The notes under the pieces: generated by a model
The model's input: the letters and a program-made list of their open reading frames with translations, nothing else
What the model was told of the DNA's origin: nothing
Database searches by the model: none
Position numbers and translations under genes: made by a program
Part shown: piece by piece, positions 34,065 to 44,601 of the stretch
Position numbering within the stretch: position 1 is the first letter of the stretch
Layout: each line of letters starts with the position of its first letter
Assembly (NCBI GenBank): GCA_020184695.1
Contig: JAANOX010000225.1
Span: 62,001-126,000 of the forward strand
Origin: Histomonas meleagridis 2922-C6/04-290x
Lineage: Eukaryota > Protista > Parabasalia
Direction: 5' to 3'
DNA: 64,000 nucleotides

Positions 34065-36992
34065 ATGGAATCACTTATTGAACTCAAAAAATATATTTTT
34101 AATATAGATGATGAAAATTTTAATGATACTATTAATCTTGCGATGACATTATTTAATCCAAGTTTCTCATACTCGTTTAATTTAATCATAAGCAATTTAG
34201 TTTATTATTCATTTTTATCTCAAAAGCGTCCGATTGAAATTTATATTAAATATTTAGAGGATATCCAAATTAAAGTAGAAAGTCTAAAAAATGAATCCAA
34301 AGTCATAGAGAATTTTAGTGAATACATCTCTAATATCGAATCACAAGAATCCAATATATCCTTGAGAAAATGATTGAATTAGAATTAATATCAACAGATT
34401 TAATCGAAAATAAAAATTCATTTTATTTTGCTCATTATTTTGATACAAAAACAATTGATCAGATAAAATATCAGAAAAATCAAACATCATTTTATCAATA
34501 TTTCTTTAATAATTATGATCAACTTTCAAAGAATGATTGGGAACGACATAAAAAATATGTTAAAGAAGGAGTTAATCCAAATGAAATTTCAAAAATAATT
34601 CGAAATGATGAAATCGAAAAACTTCAAGAAATATCATCACAAAATGAATTTAATTTTAATCAAATAATTGAACCATCACTTTATGAGAGATGGTCATTTA
34701 TAAATAAAGAAAATGTTTCATTAATTGATTTTTCAGCATTTTTTGGATCAGTTAAATGTTTTAAATATCAACTTATGAATGGAGCAAATGTAATTAATAC
34801 AGGCAAATATGCGATTGCAGGTGGAAATTTGGAAATTATTTATTTATGTGAACAAAATAATTCAAAATTCGATAATACATATGAAATTGCAATAGAATTT
34901 CATCGAATTGATGTTTTTTATTAGCCTCGAATGGATATGATCTAAAATGGAAAATGAATATAATAAATGATAAAAATTTATGTTTTCTTACATATCCTGA
35001 AATCCAACAAGTTTCATTTAGCAATTGTTCCAATCTCATCATTTATAGCGGTTTTCAACTGTCATTTTTATATGAAAAAAATTGGATTTTCAACTTTTTG
35101 AACCAGGTTTTACTTCCTTCGGAAAGGGAGCACCAATTGGTGAATTATCTTGGACATCTGGTACAACAAAGTTCGTTTCGTTGAAAGCTTCAGCAACAAC
35201 TTTAATGCGCTTCGTGGTCTCTGTTGACCCGATTTGAAGCATCAAAGCCTTATCGTCTTTTTGGAGAACGTTTAGAATTTCTTTGCAGTCGGTTAACGAT
35301 GAGCAGATGGGGATGAAAAGCGTGTTGCAGCCTTTGTCTGTAAGTTTGTGTGAGATGCTATCGCACAGCATACGAGCAGTGGAGTTACTGATGTCATCTG
35401 GTGTAAAACAAATTATATAGATATTATACTTGGAAAAATCAAATTCTGGTTTTTGCTCAACAGCTGGTGGGGGTTCTGCTTGAAAAGAGAGAGTAGTGGG
35501 TGTTTCAGGTTGAATTGCTTCAGTGGATAATTTATCATCATTTGATTTGTCTAAATCTTGCGTATTTTCCTGTGGCTGATCAGTGGGTTCTGTGGTTTCG
35601 ATGGTTTGGGTGATTTCTGGAGAATCATTTTGCTGTGGTTCAGATGTATTTGGAGAGGATGCTTCCTCTGTATTTGATTGCTATGGATTTGGTGAATCTT
35701 CTGTTATTGGCTGTGATGGTGGTGGAACTTCTAGAATCTCAACAAATGGCTTTGAGCCTTTTGGTGCTACAGAAGAATAACATGTAGATTGCCTCCTTTT
35801 TTGACGCCTTTGTATGGCGTCATAGAAAGCCATAGTTCGTCCACCGATTTGAAGAAATTATCTTAAAAATTATATGATAACATTAAGTATTAATTATGGA
35901 AGTTATGAAATTTTATCATTCTTAGAAAATGAAGTAAACAAAAATGAAGCTTTTCTCATAAATGAATCAGCAAGAAATGGAAATATATATCTTCTTAAAC
36001 ATTATATTCAAAATAGTTCACTTCCAAAAGATATTTTATTTAAAGCATTAGAATCAAAAAATATTGAACTAATTCAATATGTTCTTGATCTTGAAGGTAT
36101 TAACATTAATTATAAAATGTTTTTGACTTCTTTTTAAATTTTCTTTAAATATATTGGTATTTCAAAATGATTTTTAGAATTTGTTTAAATATTTTACAGC
36201 ACTTATGTGCGTATCTGAAGAAGACCAAACAGAAGTAGCAAAATTACTGCTAAAACACAAAGATATTGATGCAAAAAACATTTATTTAATATTTTTAATG
36301 TTTATTTTATGTTATATAATATTTTAAAGTTATATTTGGAATTTATTCAAATGGTTTCAAACAGCACTTATGCTTGCTTCTCAAAATGGTAGTCTAGAAA
36401 TAGTTAAATCACTTCTTGAATTTAAAAGTATTGATATTAATACTAAAAACATTTATTTCATATTTCCAATGTTTAATTTTGTTATTTAATATTTTAAAGT
36501 TATATTTGGAATTTATGTAAATAGTTTCAAACACCAATTATGTATGCATGTGAAAATGGACATATTGAAATCGTTAAATTACTTCTTGAACAAGAAGGAA
36601 TCGATTTCAATGCGCAAAACATTAATTTAACATTTTTAGAGTTTGTTTTCCTCATTTGGTAATCCAAAATTCCATTTGGAGATTATTTGTATTATTAGAA
36701 CATTACTTATGTTTGCATCAGATAAAAATCATTTCAATATTGTTAAATTGCTTCTTGAGCAAAAAGGAATTGATATCAATGCCAAAAATATTTATTTTTA
36801 AAATAAAAATTTTATTTTTAAAATTTAATATCTACAAATAATAAATGGAAAACATTCAAATTATTTTATACAGCACTTATGCGTGCATCAACTCATTACC
36901 AAGTGGAAATTGCTAAAATCCTTCTTGAACAAGAAGGAATTGATATTGAAAAGGAGGTATATTGCAAGCTCAAAACCAAAAGTCGGAAGTAA
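34065..36992 (+). pseudogene. DUF3447-type ankyrin gene with spaced array 4, frameshifted and split by an insertion
   Basis: Pieces 34065-34373, 34370-34924 and 35874-36137 are collinear with the 9814 paralog. Modules start at 36196, 36361, 36531 and 36700, with the terminal module at 36870-36992. Spacers are ~77, 81, 80, 79 and 80 nt. Confidence 0.75.
35090..35833 (-). pseudogene. Unrelated gene (248 codons, one internal TAG) lying antisense inside the ankyrin gene
   Basis: ATG at 35833 (MAFYDAIQRRQKRRQS), a P/E/T-rich linker and a single TAG at 35683-81. It is in frame with ORF 35371-35090. Confidence 0.7.
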
Positions 36993-37484
36993 AAAAGATA
37001 GGTTTCGAGCTAATGTCTTACAAAAAGTTTTATCGATAAAAAACAATATTGGAACCTATCAGAAGAAATTCAAAAATGCATAATGTTTAGAATAAATAAC
37101 ACTAGCATATTACCATATTATTGTAATGAAAAAATCTTTTGAAAAGTGTTGAATCGGAACTACTCTTGCGGTATTTAAAAAAATGGAATTTGTTGACGAA
37201 GCATAATCATACAAAGGATATAGAAAGATAGATTAGAGAAAGCAGGAGCTGAATAGGGAAGGTTTTTATCTATCAAGGATAAAGCTGTATGCGAAAAATT
37301 TGTTTCCTTAGCGTAAGTGACCTTTCAAAATTCGACCACTTCCTATGCTGTCATTCAATTCGGCTGGGCATCGAGCTTCGAATATTGTTGAGAATACTTT
37401 AATTCAAAAATTCAACTTTTTAAACGATTTAAATCATAATATGTACATATTATCAAAAAAAAATTTTCTTCACATCACTTTTTA

Positions 37485-38297
37485 ATGAAAAGGAATCTCT
37501 TTAAAGCTGAAGCAGAAGAAACAATGAATGTAATTAAAAATGGATGTTATACATCACCAAGCGGAGAAGTTCACATGATTAAAGATCAAGTTGAATATTC
37601 AATTCATAATTCTATTCTCTACGAACCTGATCAAATTTCGCAATTACCAGAATGCCCAAACAGAGCAGGAGTTATACAGGTTACTAAAGAGTCAACCTTT
37701 GAGGCATGCTATCGACTGATTCGAAAAGAGATAATGTTACTTGTTTAAACTTTGCATCAGGAAGAAAGCCAGGAGGTGGATTTCTCAACGGCTCCCAGGC
37801 TCAAGAAGAAATGTTATGCCGTTGTTCATGTTTATATTCAACTCAAATTATTCATCAAAAAATGTATCAATTCAACCAAGCCAATGGTTCTCATCTTTAC
37901 AGCGACTATATGATATACTCGCCGAACGCCGTGGTATTTAGGAAAGACAATGGAGAATTTCTTGATGATCCATATCAAGTTTCGATAATCACCGCTCCAG
38001 CTCCAAACAACACAGGGAGAAATACACAGGAAGAAGTCAATAATACAATGCTTGTGAGATGCCGAAAAATTATTCATCGAAAATAGATGTAAAGTTTTGG
38101 TCCTTGGAGCTTTTGGCTGTGGGGTCTTTCGAAACTCCCCAACAAGAGTTGCATTAATATTTCGTCAGTTACTAGTTGATGAAGGTCTTGGTAAATATTT
38201 TGATTTGATTGTTCATCCAATCTTTACCAAACGAGACAATGATATAAATTATTGTGGATTTGAAGGAGTATATAAGGACATAGCAACATTTATTTGA
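37485..38297 (+). pseudogene. TIGR02452/DUF2263 microbial-type PARG (macrodomain), two frameshifts
   Basis: LNFASGRKPGGGFLNGSQAQEEMLCRCS and LVLGAFGCGVF motifs are spread over three frames. Confidence 0.85.
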
Positions 38298-39243
38298 GAA
38301 TTTATATATTTCAAAAAATTGAATAATTTACCCCCATATATGCAAATTTTAAATAAAAGTAAGACCGTAATCTGATATAACATCTTTTGTGATTATATCA
38401 TCTTGTGTCATTTGAAAAAAAAAATATTATTCAAAGTTCCTTTATAAAATCATCATTCTATTCCATATTATTTTCAAATTTATTTTAATAAATTTATTCG
38501 TATAACAGAAAATATTTCAATTTATTATTATTTAGCAACATCAGAGCAAAAGAAGAACTCCCATGGACCATTTTGGGTTTGTTGACCCTCTCCTTCTCAT
38601 GCATATGCATCCTTAGTACACTCAACTTGATCGCGTTATTCACAAATAAACAATAGTGTTTGTTCCATGAAATCCGATAGGGTAAATTTGAGAATTTTTA
38701 TAAATGCGGATAGGAATATTTTTATAGAACACAGTACAACCTTATTTTCAAATAGATTTATGAAAATAAAATTGTTGCAATTAGTGATATAGAAAAATTA
38801 GGCATTGATTTCGTTTTTTATTATAACTATGAAATTTTAATGTTTATTAAGTAAAAGAAGGAATGAAAATCAATGATTCTATAATTAATAAATCAGCACG
38901 TATTGGGAACATATATCTTTTCTTGAAGAAAATCAAATTTCAAATAATATATTAATTTATTTATCAATATCAGGAAACATTCAACTAGTTATAAATGTTT
39001 GAAATCTTAAAGGAATTGATATTAATGCAAAAGATATTTATTTGTTTTCTTTGATATTTGTTTGAATAATTTTCAAATATATTTTTACACAATCAATAAT
39101 TTAACAAAGATTTTTAAATTGCTCATTCCTGAAATGAACACTTTGATTTGTATTCAGTTTATTTCAAAGCTTTGAATTGTTTTTGAGATGAAAACGATTA
39201 TGTAAACTACATATTGTATTTAATACTAAAAGTGGCATTTCGT

Positions 39244-40135
39244 ATGGAATCTCAAGCAAAAAGCAAAATTCATGAAAACGAATTGGAAAAATTAATATAT
39301 ATCAAGAATTTATTAATCAATTTAAGCAAAGAAAACATATTGAAAATGTCTGAAGATACAAATGATTTAGTAAGTTTTTGTATCAAAAAAGATAATTATG
39401 AAATTTTAGCATTTTTGGAAGAAAAAGGAATTAATGTTAATGCTTATAATATAAATGTATCAGCAAGGAATGGAAATTTATATCTCGTTCAATATTTCCT
39501 TCAAAATAACCAAACTCCAAAAAATGTTTTGCCATTTGCTTCAGAATCAGGAAATATTGAACTTGTAAAATTACTTTTAGATAAAGAAGGTATTGATGTT
39601 AATGCAAAAAATATTTATTTGAATAATTTGAAATATGTTATAATAATTTGAAATATGTTTTAATAATTTAGAATATGTTTTAATAATTTTATATATGTTT
39701 TAATAATTTGAAATATGTTTTAATAATTTGAAACAGCACTTCATATAGCAGTTAGAAACAATAATATAGAAATAGTAAAATTACTTTTAGATAAAGGAAT
39801 TGATATTAATACAAAATATATTCATTCGAATAATTTTTTATATGTTTTAATAATTTGGAATATGTTTTAATAATTTTTTATATGTTTTAATCTTTTGAAA
39901 TATGTTATAATAATTTGAAACAGCACTTCATATAGCAGTTGAAAATAATAATATAGAAATAGTAAAATTACTTTTAGATAAAGGAATTAATATTAATGTA
40001 AAATATATTCATTTGAATAATTTAATATATGTTTTAATAATTTAAAACATGTTTTAACAATATTTGATTGAAATTCAAATAGCACAACAAAAAAGCTATA
40101 CAGAAATAGTAAAATTACTCCGTGAAAAAATCTAA
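39244..40135 (+). CDS. Short ankyrin gene with spaced array 5
   Basis: First segment 39244-39612, modules 39733-39819 and 39920-40006, terminal module 40067-40135. Spacers are 120, 100 and 60 nt. Confidence 0.75.
39613..40066 (+). repeat. 20-nt minisatellite blocks (ATATGTTTTAATAATTTGAA) x6, x5 and x3 forming the ankyrin spacers
   Basis: Directly visible tandem 20-mers at 39613-39732, 39820-39919 and 40007-40066. Confidence 0.92.
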
Positions 40136-40828
40136 TCCAAAACTCACAAACACCAAATCTTCACCTCCAACCAGAAAATGAAACGAATATTTTCAATTGA
40201 GAATCAAGCTTTTGAAAAAATTCAAAGTTGAACTTCCAGTAAATTGAATGAAAAACGATTATATCCATGGCTTATAAACGGTCGCTAGCGAAAAAATATT
40301 GTTTTGTGTTAGATATATTGATTATTAGATATCATTATTGGAAACCATATATAAAAAAAATTGAAAAAAGCTGATTATTATTTTTTAATCAGAAAATGGT
40401 TTAAGAAACAAAAACTATTGAAAAAAGCACGTCAAAAACATTGAATTCAAAACGATTAAAAACAATTCAATCATAAAAAAATGAGGATTAAATGAATCAA
40501 GAATGGATATAAGTGATAAAATGAAATAAATAACCTCAAGATATTGTAAAAAATATTTTCAATAAAGTGATAGAGAGATATTGGAGAAATTTTGAAAAAA
40601 AATTGAAAGATAACTTAATACAGATTCCACATCTAAATGTGTTTAACCGTTTTTCGAAAAAGTGGTGAAATTCCAAAATGAAACGAAAATATCTTTATCA
40701 AGAAATAATATTTCTTAAATTTTATAAAATTATTTGTTGGATCAATATTCGTATGAATTCATCTCAAAATACCATATATATCACTTAAAGAGAATATATA
40801 TTATATATTAATTAAAAAATATGATATA

Positions 40829-41257
40829 ATGCATGTTAATTTCCATAAAACACATCTCTTTGTGACCGTTAAATTTTTTATAAACGTATTTCATAAGATG
40901 ATGGAACTTAGCGAAGAAGAAAGCGTAATGCTTGACGTCTCAAGGAAAATTGCCAAGGAAAACTTAGATTTAAACTTGACATGCATTGAAGCATTAATTT
41001 CAAATTCAAGAAAAATTGCAGGTCTCAAAAAAATGAATCGAGCTGTTCTTGCTCAAGAAGCAAATTTAGACTACGTTGAGTACATGTGTGAAAAAGATGC
41101 GTATGATACGGCTTCTCAAGAATATGACGGTTTTAAATATACCAGATTCGAACAAACAAATGACAGAACCGATCGTTATGACGATTATACTCAAAATGAT
41201 CAACCATATCACTACCAATTTGACAAAACAAAAAGACCTCGCATATTTAGTGGATAA
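40829..41257 (+). CDS. Hypothetical protein
   Basis: ORF with a probable start at MMELSEEES. Confidence 0.55.
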   Translation: MHVNFHKTHLFVTVKFFINVFHKMMELSEEESVMLDVSRKIAKENLDLNLTCIEALISNSRKIAGLKKMNRAVLAQEANLDYVEYMCEKDAYDTASQEYDGFKYTRFEQTNDRTDRYDDYTQNDQPYHYQFDKTKRPRIFSG

Positions 41258-41293
41258 TGTAAATAAAAATATTTTTTATTTAATAAAAAAAAA

Positions 41294-44185
41294 TTATTCT
41301 TCTATAGAATCTTCGTCTTCATCCACCGAATCTTCATTGTTATTCGCTTCTTTTGTCTGTGTTTCCTCATCCACCGAGTCATTCTCAATCGCCAATTGAT
41401 TATCATCATTTTCCTTTAGATTACTATCTTCGCCAACAGAATCTTCGTTTTCACTTTCCTTCGGATGAGTTTCTTCATTTACAGAATCTTCATTTTCATT
41501 TTTATGATAATCTTCATCAACAGAATTTTCGTTTTCTTTTGGAGTTTCGTTATCTCCTTGTTGTTCTTCTGATTCTTCATCACTTTCTTGGAGGTTTTCT
41601 GCATAAAATTGAGCCAAATTATCAGCGACATCATCCACATCCTTCGACTTTGCGTATTGTATTGCAAACATTTTTCCTTTGTCGGATTTCATCTGCAAGC
41701 CAATCTGATACATTTTTTCATGGTCATCAATTTCTTGCGCAGATGCAAATAACTTTAATAATTCTTTATCCATTTTCATTGCAGCTGCTCCTTTGTCAGT
41801 AGCATTACAGTATTCCATTTTTCTATATAAATAATCTTTCGCTGTATCATCAATTGTTAATGGTTCAATCAACAATCCTTTTAATTTTTGATGGCTTACA
41901 GTAAGAGGACTTTCTTCATTTTCATTTAAAAACACTCCCCATAAATTACTTTTTCCTACACCAACAGCCCAAAATGAATCTTTTTCATTTTCAAGCTTTA
42001 TTTGAACGTCACAAAGAGGTACCCATTGTGAGCCAAAATTAAATATAAGTCCATAAAGTTGATTATCATTTCCAAGGACGTATAAAGTTGTTTGATCAAA
42101 TCCAATCCACTTTAACGGTTTCCGTATCGGCAAATTTCCTTCAGCAACCACTTTTCTATGCTTTACATTAAAAAGTTTGAAGTCTGAATATTCTCCATAA
42201 ACTATTGCAAGTAATTCACCAGCGCCTATCATTGATGTTAATCTACTAGCGACAGGAATTATAGCTATTTCAAGTCCGGAAGACATATATAAATGTAATC
42301 TTGGAGCTTCTGTTGCTATTGCGAACCAATCTTCACCACAAGCAATTAAGTCAATTGTTTCATTGTCAGGGAAGCGTGTAGAAAATTCATTGTCATTTGC
42401 CCATGACAAGAATGATTTAAACCAGACATAAGTACGTGATGCTAATACAATGCCACCAGTTGATAAAGATCCCAAAATGAAATTATCCCTATTTTCGAAG
42501 TGTTGGTCCTTGTATTTTGTTGTATCAGCGAATTCTATATCTATTGATGAACCTTCATCAACATTTTCTCTCAAGAAGATTGTTCCGATTAAATTCCAAC
42601 AAAGGAATCTTCTTTTGTTCACGAAGGTCGATGTACTTCCGGGCATCATTTGATGTAACTCATCTTTATCTTCATCATAATCGGAATCGAAATGATACAT
42701 TTTTTCCAAATTTTCTTCTTCTTCATCTTCTTCATCTTCATCAACAGATTGATCACTTCCAACAATAAACGCTTTGTCAAGTTTCTTTTCACGTTTTTCA
42801 TTCTCTTTCATTTCTTCATCTTCGCTCTCATCTTCTGATGTTGTCGAAGGTGTTGTTGAATATTCTTCTTGTTCTTCGTCATCGATTTCTTCGTTTGCAT
42901 ATTTCTTTGCGAGCATTTGAAACATTTCTTCCGAATTACGCTTTGGTCGATTAATTTCTTCGTTAGTTTTAACATTTTTATTTGCGGATGCATATTCGTG
43001 AAGTTCTGATGAAGATGTTTCATCAGTTTCTTCTGCTTCATCCATAGCAAAAGCATAAATTCCTTTTCGTTTTTTATGGACTTCATATTCTTCTTCTTCT
43101 TCTTCCTCTTCTTCATCAAATTTTAATTGTGGCTTTGATTTCTTTAGTGGCTTTGTGATAAGTGTTGGATGCTTTTTAAGTGGAATTTCATCAGATGAAC
43201 TTTCAAGTTCTTTTTCTGATTCTTCAATTTGTTCATATTCGGGAATTTCATTTAAGCTTTCTGAATCAATTGGACTTAATATGGAATAATTCCCATCATC
43301 TGTTCCAATACATATATTGTTATTAACCCAAAGAATTACATTAATAGATGATTCAAGAGCGATATGAAATGTTGCTACTAATGAGATTTCATTGTTATCT
43401 ATATATTTATTAAGGCGAGAAACAACAACATTAAATGATGAATCAATTGTGGACATTAAACTTGTGTTCGATACTGAACATGCTGTAATCGGTAACGAAT
43501 GTTTGGGTACCTTCATAACCGATTTGTAATCTTCTGAAAAATTGAATACGTGAACGATTGAATTACTTGATGCGTCTGAAACTATAAGATAAGAATCTGG
43601 AGACCAACATATTGCTTGCCGAATTGCTTTTATGTTTTCAGATTGTACGTTATCAAATTCTTCTCCACGGTATGCATAAAGTTCTCCTGTTTCATTAATT
43701 GAAACAAGTGTTTTTGAATCTGGACTAAATTGTAAATATATAACTTTGCTTGTGTTATCATATAAAGAAATTGGTTCTGAACCTGGATTTGTTAAATTAA
43801 TAATTGTGATTTGTGGATCTTCTCCTGTAAATGCTAAATATTCCCCATTTGAAGAAACTGTAATCAATTCAGTAATTGTGTCGGAAGTATATATTTTTTG
43901 TATATCTGTACATTCTGGCCATCCTACTTTCATTATATCTTTTCCTTCATCTGAAAATGCAAATGAATTTAAAGTTGGAATACAAGAAATAGATCTAATA
44001 CGAAAATCACTAATAGATGCAAGAGTAAAATCATCTGAAGGTTCTAATGTTGTTAATGATACAACAATTAAAATACCATCTTCTTCACCAACTGAGAGCA
44101 GGTAATTTCCATCAGGCGATACAATAACTTCCCTTATTGGTCCAAAATGTACCAACTGTGTTTTTAGAATGGTTGGATTTTCCAT
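41294..44185 (-). CDS. CTF4: Ctf4/WDHD1/And-1 replication fork protein
   Basis: N-terminal WD40, acidic linker, and SepB/Mcl1-mid motif PGST...RRFLCWNLIGTI...DIEFAD. Confidence 0.88.
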   Translation of the reverse strand: MENPTILKTQLVHFGPIREVIVSPDGNYLLSVGEEDGILIVVSLTTLEPSDDFTLASISDFRIRSISCIPTLNSFAFSDEGKDIMKVGWPECTDIQKIYTSDTITELITVSSNGEYLAFTGEDPQITIINLTNPGSEPISLYDNTSKVIYLQFSPDSKTLVSINETGELYAYRGEEFDNVQSENIKAIRQAICWSPDSYLIVSDASSNSIVHVFNFSEDYKSVMKVPKHSLPITACSVSNTSLMSTIDSSFNVVVSRLNKYIDNNEISLVATFHIALESSINVILWVNNNICIGTDDGNYSILSPIDSESLNEIPEYEQIEESEKELESSSDEIPLKKHPTLITKPLKKSKPQLKFDEEEEEEEEEYEVHKKRKGIYAFAMDEAEETDETSSSELHEYASANKNVKTNEEINRPKRNSEEMFQMLAKKYANEEIDDEEQEEYSTTPSTTSEDESEDEEMKENEKREKKLDKAFIVGSDQSVDEDEEDEEEENLEKMYHFDSDYDEDKDELHQMMPGSTSTFVNKRRFLCWNLIGTIFLRENVDEGSSIDIEFADTTKYKDQHFENRDNFILGSLSTGGIVLASRTYVWFKSFLSWANDNEFSTRFPDNETIDLIACGEDWFAIATEAPRLHLYMSSGLEIAIIPVASRLTSMIGAGELLAIVYGEYSDFKLFNVKHRKVVAEGNLPIRKPLKWIGFDQTTLYVLGNDNQLYGLIFNFGSQWVPLCDVQIKLENEKDSFWAVGVGKSNLWGVFLNENEESPLTVSHQKLKGLLIEPLTIDDTAKDYLYRKMEYCNATDKGAAAMKMDKELLKLFASAQEIDDHEKMYQIGLQMKSDKGKMFAIQYAKSKDVDDVADNLAQFYAENLQESDEESEEQQGDNETPKENENSVDEDYHKNENEDSVNEETHPKESENEDSVGEDSNLKENDDNQLAIENDSVDEETQTKEANNNEDSVDEDEDSIEE

Positions 44186-44601
44186 GGGAAGAAGTATGTG
44201 ATTGAATGCTTACTTGGTCATTTATCGTGTACGTTAACTAATTCTAATAAACGTGTTCCACCCAAACTTCTTTTGAAAACACGCACTTTTTGCACGTTAA
44301 AAGACGTTTATTTTTTTGTTATTATGCAAAAAACACTATTAAAATAGGAACCATCCATCCTCTACTAGATTTTTTGCATTCTGTACCAAAACATGGCTAG
44401 CTTGTATGTCTCTGTAATGCAAAATCTACAATTAAACTTTCGCATGTTTCACCAAACCTTATGCCCACGCAAGCCAATTTTCCTCATTGCATACACAAAA
44501 TGTCAGTATCAGCTGAATCCGAAAGACGTACTTATGCTGATTTTATATACAATATAAAATTACAATGTTCAATTAATCTATTTATTATATATCAAATAAA
44601 A

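Noticed and set aside
38800-39060. Additional ankyrin gene
   Set aside because: Only a heavily decayed fragment (SARIGNIY, KGIDINAKDIY) with stops is visible, and no gene model can be supported.
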